A stretch of 64,000 nucleotides of DNA. It comes from an uncultured Eubacteriales bacterium. Its GTDB lineage: Bacteria; Bacillota; Clostridia; Oscillospirales; Acutalibacteraceae. The stretch is from the NCBI GenBank assembly GCA_934462705.1, contig CAKSIH010000001.1:47761-111760 (forward strand), read 5' to 3'. The notes below the pieces were generated by a model. That model searched no databases and was not told the DNA's origin. It worked only from the letters and a program-made list of their open reading frames with translations. Below are positions 41,668-50,353 of this stretch, piece by piece; the first letter of the stretch is position 1; each line of letters begins with the position of its first letter. The position numbers and the translations under genes were made by a program.

Positions 41668-42360
41668 TTAAAACACTCTAAAATGTGCAGCGTTCATTTT
41701 TTTTCTTTTTCCTAATTTGGGCTTTGAGTTTCTTATATATAACAGTGAAAAAAGTACAACCCCTAAAACAGAAAGCACGATTAAAGAAATGCTAATTCCG
41801 AAAACAAGTGGCTCATTATTAAAAAAATTAAGTGTTTTCTGATTTTCTTTTATAAAATTAAAATCGTCAGTATTTGAGTTATCATTTAACTCAATTTTCC
41901 AATCATCAGGACTTAAGGTTTCCTCGACAAATGAGTTATCATCAGTTGAGGCATCGGTTTGTTTGCCCAAGGCAATATCACTATTTTTAGAGGGAGTATT
42001 TGCTTGTACACTTTTATTTTGTGAAGAAGTATCCTTTTTTTGCTGATTTTGCTTTTTGATTTGCTGATTTTTATTTTTTTCAGAATCATTGGAATTTGAT
42101 TTTTGACTCTTTTCAGGTGGCTTTTTTTCAGGTGCTTTATTTGTACCTGCTTTTTTTTGATTAGTATTTACTTGATTTGAACCTTTACTGGATTTAGAAT
42201 TGTCCTTTGCGCTGGCTGGCGTGTCATTTTTTTTAGAACTTTGTTGCTTTGTAGATGAAGAAGAATTTGTATTTACGTTTGCAGCATAAGAAAAGTTTAA
42301 AGGCTGAAGGGTTAAGCAAAGTAAAAGTCCTAAGCCTAGAAATAATATTAATTTTTTCAT
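41668..42360 (-). CDS. Secreted low-complexity (Ser/Asn/Lys/Gln-rich) protein with C-terminal TM anchor
   Basis: Signal peptide MKKLILFLGLGLLLCL..., long polar low-complexity region, hydrophobic helix and basic tail at the C-terminus. Confidence 0.5.
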   Translation of the reverse strand: MKKLILFLGLGLLLCLTLQPLNFSYAANVNTNSSSSTKQQSSKKNDTPASAKDNSKSSKGSNQVNTNQKKAGTNKAPEKKPPEKSQKSNSNDSEKNKNQQIKKQNQQKKDTSSQNKSVQANTPSKNSDIALGKQTDASTDDNSFVEETLSPDDWKIELNDNSNTDDFNFIKENQKTLNFFNNEPLVFGISISLIVLSVLGVVLFSLLYIRNSKPKLGKRKKMNAAHFRVF

Positions 42361-42604
42361 ATTTTACATCCTTTTTATTTATACTATATTTAAATAATAC
42401 CACAAAAATATCAATAGATTCAAGTTTTCATTTTTTATGTAAAAACGGGGGAAATTATAGGCAATATCGAATAAATGGACTATCCATAATAATCTTATAA
42501 TTGTTCAAAATATTACAGCGAGTTAAGACAAGCTATCTTAAAAATTACTGATATACTTTGATTTGAAATACCAACAATGCCGTGTAAATAGGATGGTGCT
42601 TTAA

Positions 42605-44929
42605 ATGAGAGTATTACAACAGGAAACAAAAAAATTTGCTCAGAAAGTAATTTCATCAAGAACGTTAAAAGTAATTAGCAGAAATTTAATATGTTTTTTA
42701 ATAGCAATATTGGTTTCACGTGGAAGGTTATTTAGCGATTACCTGCCATATGGAATAGCCCTTTTAGCGGCAGTTCCATACAATTTAATATGGACATCTT
42801 TGTTGGGATGCATTATTAGCTATATTTTGCCGGCTGAAATTAATATAGGCATGCGGTACATATCAACAGCAATTTCTGTTTGTGCAATAAGATGGACATT
42901 TAACGACTTGCCTAAAATTAAAGAGCATGTATTATTTTCACCAATAATAGCGTTTGCTAGTACAATAATTACGGGAGTGGCTGTGAATAAATCAGGTTTA
43001 GCTGACTTCAATTTGATTCTTCTATATTTAACTGAAGCAATGATTGCCGGAGTATCAGCATATTTTTTTAAGGAAACATTTGATACTGTTGAAAAAAAGG
43101 GGAGACTGATTTTAAGTCAGATAGAGCTTGCGTATTTGTGCTTCAGTTTTTTTGTATTGATATTAACGCTGTCAGAGATAACAATCGGCTACCTTTCGCT
43201 TGGCAGAATTGTAAACATGCTTGTAATTCTATTTTGCTCAAGATATTTGGGCGTCATGGGAGGAAGCATAGCAGGGATAACAGCTGCAGCAGTTTTGGGG
43301 TTATCGTTTAAAAACCCTACATATATACCCGTGGCGTATGCTTTTGGAGGCCTTCTTTCAGGGATACTTTCAGGTTTTGGAAAATCAATTTGTACAGCAT
43401 TTTTTTTCCTTGTAAATATAATTGTAGCAGTGCAAAGTGATAACCCTGTTATAATTTTAACCTGTATTTATGAATCTTTAGCAGCTTCCATAATCTTTAT
43501 GTTTTTACCAGATTACTGGGGAAGTATATTTTTAAGCGTGTTTTATTATCCTTCCGATAGTAATACGAGATCTGCCTACCTAAAAGATGCAATTACAATG
43601 AAGTTAAATTTTGCATCTGGAGCTCTAATGAATATTTCAACGGCTATTAATAAAGTCACAGAAAAGTTAACAGAAATAAATAAGCAAGATATAACATCTG
43701 TATATTTAAAGTCAATCGGTTCAGTTTGTAACAATTGCGGACTTAGAGTGTTTTGCTATGAAGCTAAAAAAGATGATACTATTTCTGCTTTTGAACATGT
43801 TACAGATGCACTTAAATCTTCGGGTGAGTTGGAGGTAAAAAATTTTAATAAAGAATTTATAAAACGTTGCTGCAAAATAGACGAGCTATCTAAAGCAATT
43901 AATCTATACTATAAAGACTATGCTATTCAAACCGTAGCAAAACAGCGAATTGATGAGGTTAGGGGTTTTATATCAGAACAATTTGCAGACATAGGAAATA
44001 TACTTTACGATATTTCAAAGGAGTTTGAAACATATGATAAGTTTGATGATGATTCAGCCCAGAGGATAATGATAATGTTGAAAAGGCATGATATTATACC
44101 AATGGACGTAAGCTGCAGAGTAAATAAATTTGATAGAATGACAGTAGAGATAGGCATAATAGGTAAGGAAAGAAGGCAAATTGAGAAAATACCACTGCAA
44201 GGAGAAGTGTCAAAATGCTGTGCAAGGGCAATGGATTTACCTGTTATAACAGTAGCACAAGAAAAAAGCAAGATAATGCTTTGCGAGCAGGCAGCTTTTG
44301 AAGTTAAAATAGGTGTAGCACAACATGTGTATAAAAATGGAACCCTTTGCGGTGATAGCTATAAATATTTTAATGATGGCATGGGAAGAATGGATTTTAT
44401 TTTAAGTGATGGTATGGGTACGGGCGGAAGAGCTGCGATTGAAGGATCAATGTCTTGTGAAATAATGAAGCTTTTAATGCAGTCCGGAATAGGGTTTGAA
44501 ACGGCTGCCAAACTTACCAATTCTGCTTTAATTGTAAAATCTGAGGATGAATTTTTATCAACTCTAGACGTTTTGTGCGTTGATATGTTTACAGGTAAAA
44601 TAGAATTTTTAAAGGCTGGAGCACCGTTTACATTAATAAAGAAAAAAAACGAAATAAGGAAAATAGATTTACCGTCATTGCCAATTGGAATATTAAAAGA
44701 TATAGAATTTAAAACGTTGAGCGAAAAACTTGAAAGTCACGACAAGGTATTGATGTTTTCAGATGGAGCATTGTATAAAGAGGACTGGATATGTGATGAA
44801 TTAAATGGATGGAGTAAAGAGGATGCACAAGTCTTTGCAGAAAGAATTGTGGATAAAGCAGCTAAAATGAGAGAATCTGAAAGTGATGATGACATAACAG
44901 TTATAGCAATACATTTGGTAGAACGGTAG
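42605..44929 (+). CDS. spoIIE: Stage II sporulation protein E (PP2C phosphatase)
   Basis: About 10 N-terminal TM helices and a C-terminal PP2C domain (GDSY...SDGMGTG...FSDG...DDITV); 774 aa. Confidence 0.9.
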   Translation: MRVLQQETKKFAQKVISSRTLKVISRNLICFLIAILVSRGRLFSDYLPYGIALLAAVPYNLIWTSLLGCIISYILPAEINIGMRYISTAISVCAIRWTFNDLPKIKEHVLFSPIIAFASTIITGVAVNKSGLADFNLILLYLTEAMIAGVSAYFFKETFDTVEKKGRLILSQIELAYLCFSFFVLILTLSEITIGYLSLGRIVNMLVILFCSRYLGVMGGSIAGITAAAVLGLSFKNPTYIPVAYAFGGLLSGILSGFGKSICTAFFFLVNIIVAVQSDNPVIILTCIYESLAASIIFMFLPDYWGSIFLSVFYYPSDSNTRSAYLKDAITMKLNFASGALMNISTAINKVTEKLTEINKQDITSVYLKSIGSVCNNCGLRVFCYEAKKDDTISAFEHVTDALKSSGELEVKNFNKEFIKRCCKIDELSKAINLYYKDYAIQTVAKQRIDEVRGFISEQFADIGNILYDISKEFETYDKFDDDSAQRIMIMLKRHDIIPMDVSCRVNKFDRMTVEIGIIGKERRQIEKIPLQGEVSKCCARAMDLPVITVAQEKSKIMLCEQAAFEVKIGVAQHVYKNGTLCGDSYKYFNDGMGRMDFILSDGMGTGGRAAIEGSMSCEIMKLLMQSGIGFETAAKLTNSALIVKSEDEFLSTLDVLCVDMFTGKIEFLKAGAPFTLIKKKNEIRKIDLPSLPIGILKDIEFKTLSEKLESHDKVLMFSDGALYKEDWICDELNGWSKEDAQVFAERIVDKAAKMRESESDDDITVIAIHLVER

Positions 44930-44974
44930 GCTTTTAAATGTTTTGCAGCTTTGTATTGCACTTTTTGCCTGAGA

Positions 44975-45060
44975 CGGGCCGCAAGGCCCCGAAGCTTTAA
45001 AGCTTCGGTAAATGGCTTTCTAAGCCATTTTGCAAGCTTCGCTTGCGGCCTTGCGGCCCG
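44975..45060. repeat. GC-rich cloverleaf repeat, copy 5 (Hc-Hb-Ha)
   Basis: CGGGCCGCAAGGCC / CCGAAGC-TTTAA-GCTTCGG / AAATGGC-TTTCTAA-GCCATTT / GCAAGC-TTC-GCTTGC / GGCCTTGCGGCCCG. The outer stem carries a compensated G>A / C>T change. Confidence 0.9.
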
Positions 45061-45095
45061 AATTAAAGTGGCAGGTGTTACCTTAAAGTCAATTA

Positions 45096-45125
45096 AAGGC
45101 GCCGCGCGATATCGCGCGGCGCCTT
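45096..45125. terminator. Perfect 30-nt GC-rich palindrome between convergent spoIIE and tatD
   Basis: AAGGCGCCGCGCGAT|ATCGCGCGGCGCCTT. Confidence 0.7.
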
Positions 45126-45130
45126 CCTAT

Positions 45131-45898
45131 TTACACTTTAATAGAAAAAAGTTTTTCAGTATTATTTTTTGTTGTTAAAAGCAAATCATTAACCTCAATA
45201 CCCTTAAGATCTGCAATTTTTTTTGCTGTATATTTAATCATAGAGGAATCACACCTATTACCACGAAGCGGTACAGGAGCCATATACGGGCAATCAGTTT
45301 CAAGCAAAAGCTTATCAAGGGGTATCTTTTGTGCTACTAAAACAGGATTTTTAGCATTCTTAAAAGTAACAACACCGCCAAGTCCAATATACATGCCGAG
45401 TTTAACAATTTCATCTGCCATTTCAGGGCTGCCGGAGAAACAATGCACGACACCCTTTGGCTTATATTTCTTTAAAAGTTCTAAGGTGTCGCCGTGGGCA
45501 TCTCTGTCATGTATTATTACTGGCATAGAGGTTTCAATAGCAAGTTTAAGTTGATTTTCAAAGACTTGTTTTTGAATTTCCTTGGAAGGTTGTTCATAAT
45601 GGTAGTCAAGACCGATTTCACCAATAGCAACGACTTTGTCTTTTTTGAGCATACTCTTCAAAGTGTCAATGTAGTTACAAGGCAGATTATCAGCTTCATT
45701 AGGATGAATTCCAACGGCAGCCCAGATAAAAGGATATTTTTCGGAAAGATCAATGCTAGCTTGAGAAGTTTTAAGGTCAGCACCAACATTTATAAGCCCG
45801 CAAATATCATTGACAATTAATTTTTTCAACAATGAATCTCGGTCGCTGTTGAAAGTTTTATCATCATAGTGTGCATGAGAATCAAAAATTAAGTTCAT
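45131..45898 (-). CDS. tatD: TatD-family metal-dependent hydrolase
   Basis: FDSHAHYDD start motif, GEIGLDYH, HCFSG, ETDCPY. Confidence 0.9.
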   Translation of the reverse strand: MNLIFDSHAHYDDKTFNSDRDSLLKKLIVNDICGLINVGADLKTSQASIDLSEKYPFIWAAVGIHPNEADNLPCNYIDTLKSMLKKDKVVAIGEIGLDYHYEQPSKEIQKQVFENQLKLAIETSMPVIIHDRDAHGDTLELLKKYKPKGVVHCFSGSPEMADEIVKLGMYIGLGGVVTFKNAKNPVLVAQKIPLDKLLLETDCPYMAPVPLRGNRCDSSMIKYTAKKIADLKGIEVNDLLLTTKNNTEKLFSIKV

Positions 45899-45910
45899 AT
45901 AAACCACCTA

Positions 45911-47479
45911 TTAAATTAAAGAATTAAGTTCATCAATTTCTTTTTGGACATCAATACGTGGAAACAAATTTTCCCCTTTTTTAACAATGTTACCAGGTTT
46001 TAAAGTACCCCAAAAACTTGCACTTTCAAATGATAATATATCTTTAGTAAAACCTAGTTGTTTCCATATTTTGGGTGAGGTGTTTGGCATAAAAGGCTCA
46101 ATTAATATCGATACGATTCTCAAAGTTTCACAAAGATTATATAAAACACAGGCAAGTCGAGGTTCATTTTTCGGATCTTTGCTTAAAGCCCAAGGCATAG
46201 TTTCATCTATATACTTATTAGCTCTCGAGATAAGTTTCCAAATTTCAGAAAGAGAATTTGAAAATTTAAAGTTTTCCATATGAGCTTGAACTTTCTTCGA
46301 GAGTCCGGAAGCCATAGAAATTAAATCATTATCAAGCTCATCATCCTTCATTTGTGAAGGTATTATCCCACTAAAATATTTCTGGACCATTGCTGCAGTT
46401 CTTGAAACAAGGTTTCCAAGATCATTTGCTAGGTCAGAGTTTATACGATTTATCAAAGCCTCATTTGTAAATATGCTGTCGGAGCCAAAAGGAATCTCTC
46501 TCATAAGAAAATATTTTATAGCGTCAACGCCATATCTTGAGCATAAAATTCCAGGGTCAACAACATTGCCTTTAGATTTAGACATTTTTGTTCCATCCCC
46601 AAAAAGCAGCCAACCGTGCCCGTAAATCTTTTTAGGTAATGGCAAACCAAGGGCTATTAATATAGCAGGCCAGATAATTGCATGAAATCTTATAATTTCT
46701 TTCCCTACAAAATGCACATCAGCAGGCCAATATTTTTGATATTCACTGTCGTCATCGCTGCTAAATCCTAAAGCAGTAATGTAATTTGTCAAGGCATCTA
46801 GCCAAACATAAACAACATGCTTTTTATCGAAGGTAACAGGGATTCCCCAAGAAAAGCTGGTTCTGCTAACACACAGATCATGAAGCCCTGATTTAATAAA
46901 GCTGATCATTTCATTTTTACGACTTTCAGGCTGTATAAAGTCAGGGTTATCTTGATAAAGTTTTAATAATTTATCAGCATATTTTGAGAGCTTAAAGAAA
47001 TAGGCTTCTTCCTTAGTAGCTTTTACTTCTCTTCCACAGTCCGGGCACTTACCTGAAACTAACTGTGTTTCAGTCCAAAAAGATTCACAAGGGGTGCAGT
47101 AAAGACCTTCGTAGCTTCCCGTATATATTTCTCCCTTTTTATAGAGGGCATTAAAAATTTTTTGAACAGCAACCTTATGCTTTTCATCAGTTGTTCTTAT
47201 GAATTTGTCATTTGAAATATCAAGTATATCCCATAAATTCTTAAACTCACAGACGAGTGAATCTACATATTCTTTAGGTGTAATTCCGGCTTTGTTTGCG
47301 TTTAATTCAATTTTTTGACCATGTTCATCGGTGCCTGTTAAAAACATTACATCATAACCGCAAAGCCGTTTATATCGTGCCATAACATCTGCGGCAACTG
47401 TACAATAGCTGTGACCAAGATGAGGGTTTCCCGAAGGGTAATAAATAGGTGTGGTTATATAAAAAGTTTTTTTGTTCAT
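45911..47479 (-). CDS. metG: Methionine--tRNA ligase (short form without C-terminal tRNA-binding domain)
   Basis: PHLGHSY (HIGH), KMSKS, Zn knuckle CTPC...CPDC. ATG giving MNKKTFYITTPIYY preferred. Confidence 0.95.
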   Translation of the reverse strand: MNKKTFYITTPIYYPSGNPHLGHSYCTVAADVMARYKRLCGYDVMFLTGTDEHGQKIELNANKAGITPKEYVDSLVCEFKNLWDILDISNDKFIRTTDEKHKVAVQKIFNALYKKGEIYTGSYEGLYCTPCESFWTETQLVSGKCPDCGREVKATKEEAYFFKLSKYADKLLKLYQDNPDFIQPESRKNEMISFIKSGLHDLCVSRTSFSWGIPVTFDKKHVVYVWLDALTNYITALGFSSDDDSEYQKYWPADVHFVGKEIIRFHAIIWPAILIALGLPLPKKIYGHGWLLFGDGTKMSKSKGNVVDPGILCSRYGVDAIKYFLMREIPFGSDSIFTNEALINRINSDLANDLGNLVSRTAAMVQKYFSGIIPSQMKDDELDNDLISMASGLSKKVQAHMENFKFSNSLSEIWKLISRANKYIDETMPWALSKDPKNEPRLACVLYNLCETLRIVSILIEPFMPNTSPKIWKQLGFTKDILSFESASFWGTLKPGNIVKKGENLFPRIDVQKEIDELNSLI

Positions 47480-47667
47480 AATTACTCTCCTATAAAATGT
47501 TATCTTATGAGACAGGTAAAAATAGATCCAACCAGAAGAGAGACACATATTCCTGCGGTAATTTTAACTAGAAGGGCATGTGAAGAGGCGTACCCCTTTT
47601 TTTTCTTAAAAGTTTCAGGCGTATTTTGTTTCATTTTACACTATCTCCAATCGTTATATAATAATTT

Positions 47668-47696
47668 ATTATACCTTATTATATAAAATAGTTCAA
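47668..47696 (-). promoter_or_regulatory. Sigma-A-type promoter for metG
   Basis: Minus strand: -35 TTGAAC, 17-nt spacer, -10 TATAAT. Leaves a leader of about 180 nt. Confidence 0.55.
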
Positions 47697-47760
47697 CTTA
47701 AAAAGAAGCGGACTTTGTATATGTAGCGCAGACCCCAGAAGGGGCAAGATATTTAGGCAT

Positions 47761-48432
47761 TCAGGTGCATAATTTTCCATCCATAATTTTTATTACTCTT
47801 GAAGCAGATTTAGCAATTTTATCATCATGAGTTATTAATATTACTGTTTTTTTCTCTGAGTTTAGTGATTTTAATATTGACAAAACTTCCTCGCCTGCTG
47901 CTGAGTCTAGATTCCCAGTGGGCTCGTCGGCTAAAATTATACTTGGATTTCCAGCAATGGCTCTTGCAATAGCTGTGCGTTGCTGCTGCCCTCCAGATAA
48001 TTGTGCTGGTTTATGGTTTAACCTTTCACTAAGACCAACTTTAAAAAGCGCCTCTTTAGCAAGAATTATTCGTTTAGATTTGGGCATACCCCTATATATA
48101 AGTGGAAGTTCTACATTTTCTAATGCTGTTAAATTTGGAATGAGATTAAAACTTTGAAATATGAATCCTACCATTTTATTTCTTATTTCTGCTAAATTAT
48201 TTTCTTTTATTTTAAAAACAGGGTTTCCAAAAAGATAATATTCCCCAGAGCTAGGTGTATCAAGAAAACCTAAAATATTCATCAGGGTTGATTTTCCGGA
48301 TCCAGATTTTCCAATAATTGTGACAAATTCGCCTTCATTTATTTTTAAGCTGATATTGTTTAGCGCAAATAAATCATTGCTGCCAACGCGGTATTTTTTA
48401 CATATGTTTTTTATATCAATTAGTATGTTCAT
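47761..48432 (-). CDS. ABC transporter ATP-binding protein (MacB/LolD/FtsE-like), no adjacent permease
   Basis: Walker A GKSGSGKST, signature LSGGQQQR, Walker B ILADEPT. Confidence 0.9.
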   Translation of the reverse strand: MNILIDIKNICKKYRVGSNDLFALNNISLKINEGEFVTIIGKSGSGKSTLMNILGFLDTPSSGEYYLFGNPVFKIKENNLAEIRNKMVGFIFQSFNLIPNLTALENVELPLIYRGMPKSKRIILAKEALFKVGLSERLNHKPAQLSGGQQQRTAIARAIAGNPSIILADEPTGNLDSAAGEEVLSILKSLNSEKKTVILITHDDKIAKSASRVIKIMDGKLCT

Positions 48433-48559
48433 AGTATCACCTTTTTTATTTTAAGTATATAAGTTAGTATTATCATTATTGGATTAAAAATCCAGGAGAA
48501 ATAGACTTTGAAAAAAATTTATTTTATAATTAAATTAAATTATGTAAAGGATGGTTTAT

Positions 48560-50074
48560 ATGAGTAAAGATTTAATGTTTTTAAAAAGCGGAACTGACAT
48601 AAGGGGAGTTGCATTAGGAGTTTTAAAAAATGAGCCAGAAACATTGACCAATGATGCTGTAAGAAAAATTGCAATTGGTTTTGGACTTTGGCTTAGCGAA
48701 AATACAAACAAAGATTTTAGTATGCTATCGGTAGCAATAGGTCATGACTCACGGCTTTCTGCAGATAGAATAAAAACAATTTTAGTTGAGACACTATCAA
48801 TAATGGGGATAAAAGTATTTGACTGTGGTCTTTCATCAACACCGGCAATGTTTATGGCAACAATTGACTTGCCATGTGATGCTTCAATTGAGATAACTGC
48901 AAGCCATCACCCGTTTAATAAAAACGGGTTAAAATTTTTTACAAAATACGGTGGATTGGAAGGCAAGGACATTGAACAAATTTTAAAATATGCAATGGAA
49001 AATGATTTTTTAAATAATTCTTCCGCACTTACTAATATAGAAAAAATAAATTATATGAGTAAATATGAAAAAAGACTAAGAGATATTATATGTAAAGAAA
49101 TAAATGCAGAAGACTACGAGCATCCGCTAAAAGGGTTTAAGATTGTAGTAGATGCTGGAAACGGAGCGGGGGGATTTTACGCTGAAAATGTATTGAAGTC
49201 TCTTGGGGCGGATATAACTGGTAGCCAGTTTTTAGAGCCTGACGGAAGGTTTCCAAATCATATTCCAAATCCTGAAAATGAGGCAGCAATGCAGTATATA
49301 ATCGATTCAACAATAAAAAACAAAGCGGATTTGGGAATAATTTTTGATACTGATGTTGACAGAGTGGGTGCAGTTGCTTCAAATGGTGAACCAATAAACA
49401 GAAACACTCTTATAGCAGTAGCGTCGTCAATTGCGCTTGAAAAAAATGCAGGTGGTACAATAGTTACAGATTCAATAACATCAGATGGACTTAAAGAGTA
49501 TATAGAAAAAAATCTGCATGGTGTACATAAAAGGTTTAAAAGAGGATATAAGAATGTAATAAATGAGGCTAAAAGGCTAAATGAGAAAGGCATAAATTGC
49601 CCTCTTGCAATAGAAACATCTGGGCATGCCGCTATGAGGGAAAATTATTTTTTGGATGACGGTGCATATTTAGTAACTAAAATTATAATAAAAATGGTAA
49701 ACATGAAGCTAAAGGGAGAACGGTTTGAATCTATAATAGAAGACTTGAAAAAACCGCTTGAAAGTCAGGAATATAGATTAAATGTAAAATGTGAAAATTT
49801 TGAAGATTATGGAAATAAGATTATTAGGGACTTAGCCGATTTCGCAAAGAATCAGAAAGAGTGGGAAATTGATTCTGATAACTATGAAGGTATAAGAGTT
49901 TCATCAAATAAGAAAGACGAAAATGGTTGGTTTTTATTAAGATTAAGTGTACATGACCCAGTTATGCCATTAAATGTAGAAAGTAACATTAAGGATGGAA
50001 AAAACAAAATTTTAAAAAAGTTAAAACTTTTTTTAGACAAGTATGAATATTTAGACTTGCTTACAATAAAATAG
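48560..50074 (+). CDS. Phosphohexomutase (phosphoglucomutase/phosphomannomutase family)
   Basis: Active-site loop TASHHPFNKNG, metal loop FDTDVDR, sugar loop ETSGH. Confidence 0.85.
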   Translation: MSKDLMFLKSGTDIRGVALGVLKNEPETLTNDAVRKIAIGFGLWLSENTNKDFSMLSVAIGHDSRLSADRIKTILVETLSIMGIKVFDCGLSSTPAMFMATIDLPCDASIEITASHHPFNKNGLKFFTKYGGLEGKDIEQILKYAMENDFLNNSSALTNIEKINYMSKYEKRLRDIICKEINAEDYEHPLKGFKIVVDAGNGAGGFYAENVLKSLGADITGSQFLEPDGRFPNHIPNPENEAAMQYIIDSTIKNKADLGIIFDTDVDRVGAVASNGEPINRNTLIAVASSIALEKNAGGTIVTDSITSDGLKEYIEKNLHGVHKRFKRGYKNVINEAKRLNEKGINCPLAIETSGHAAMRENYFLDDGAYLVTKIIIKMVNMKLKGERFESIIEDLKKPLESQEYRLNVKCENFEDYGNKIIRDLADFAKNQKEWEIDSDNYEGIRVSSNKKDENGWFLLRLSVHDPVMPLNVESNIKDGKNKILKKLKLFLDKYEYLDLLTIK

Positions 50075-50082
50075 AATTAAAA

Positions 50083-50122
50083 AATATGCCTATATATTTA
50101 ATTTTATATAGGCATATTTTTT
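50083..50122 (+). terminator. Terminator after phosphohexomutase gene
   Basis: AATATGCCTATATA-TTTAATT-TTATATAGGCATATT followed by TTTT. Confidence 0.8.
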
Positions 50123-50181
50123 GCATTATTTAATTAGATGTGCAATTTACAAAAAAAATAATTTATATTTTAAAAATTTTG

Positions 50182-50210
50182 TTGACAAATTAATACAAAT
50201 ATTTTATAAT
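50182..50210 (+). promoter_or_regulatory. Consensus sigma-A promoter heading the peptide-export locus
   Basis: -35 TTGACA, exactly 17 nt, -10 TATAAT. Followed by a leader of about 140 nt containing a CCGTTGG...CCAACGG hairpin that abuts the RBS. Confidence 0.65.
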
Positions 50211-50353
50211 TATATTCAAGAGCAAAACGCATAATATAAATATGAAATTTAATAATTTTATGTACAACAATTATAGACGCTCTGGAGCAGTATTTACCGT
50301 TGGGATTACTGCTGACTATTAAATTTATACCAACGGAGAAATGGAGTTGTTTT

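Noticed and set aside
4701-45060. Cloverleaf-shaped GC-rich repeats as tRNA or tRNA-like genes
   Set aside because: Hairpin loops are 3-7 nt and lack the T-loop (TTCRANT) and D-loop consensus. There is no 7-nt anticodon loop with U33 and no discriminator/CCA context. The elements occur in both orientations relative to flanking transcription.
47480-47667. T-box riboswitch in the metG leader of about 180 nt (AUG present in a possible specifier context AAAUGA; GGGGTACGCC vaguely T-box-like)
   Set aside because: I could not find the canonical AGAGA/GNUGGNACCGCG T-box sequence, and I found no terminator/antiterminator pair followed by a U-run. The leader is also short for a T-box. It needs an Rfam/Infernal scan before any claim.
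50211-50353. Riboswitch or attenuator in the 140-nt leader of the peptide-export operon (CCGTTGG...CCAACGG hairpin touching the RBS)
   Set aside because: It is a single 7-bp stem with no recognisable aptamer consensus. It is mentioned only in the promoter feature because the evidence is too thin for a regulatory call.
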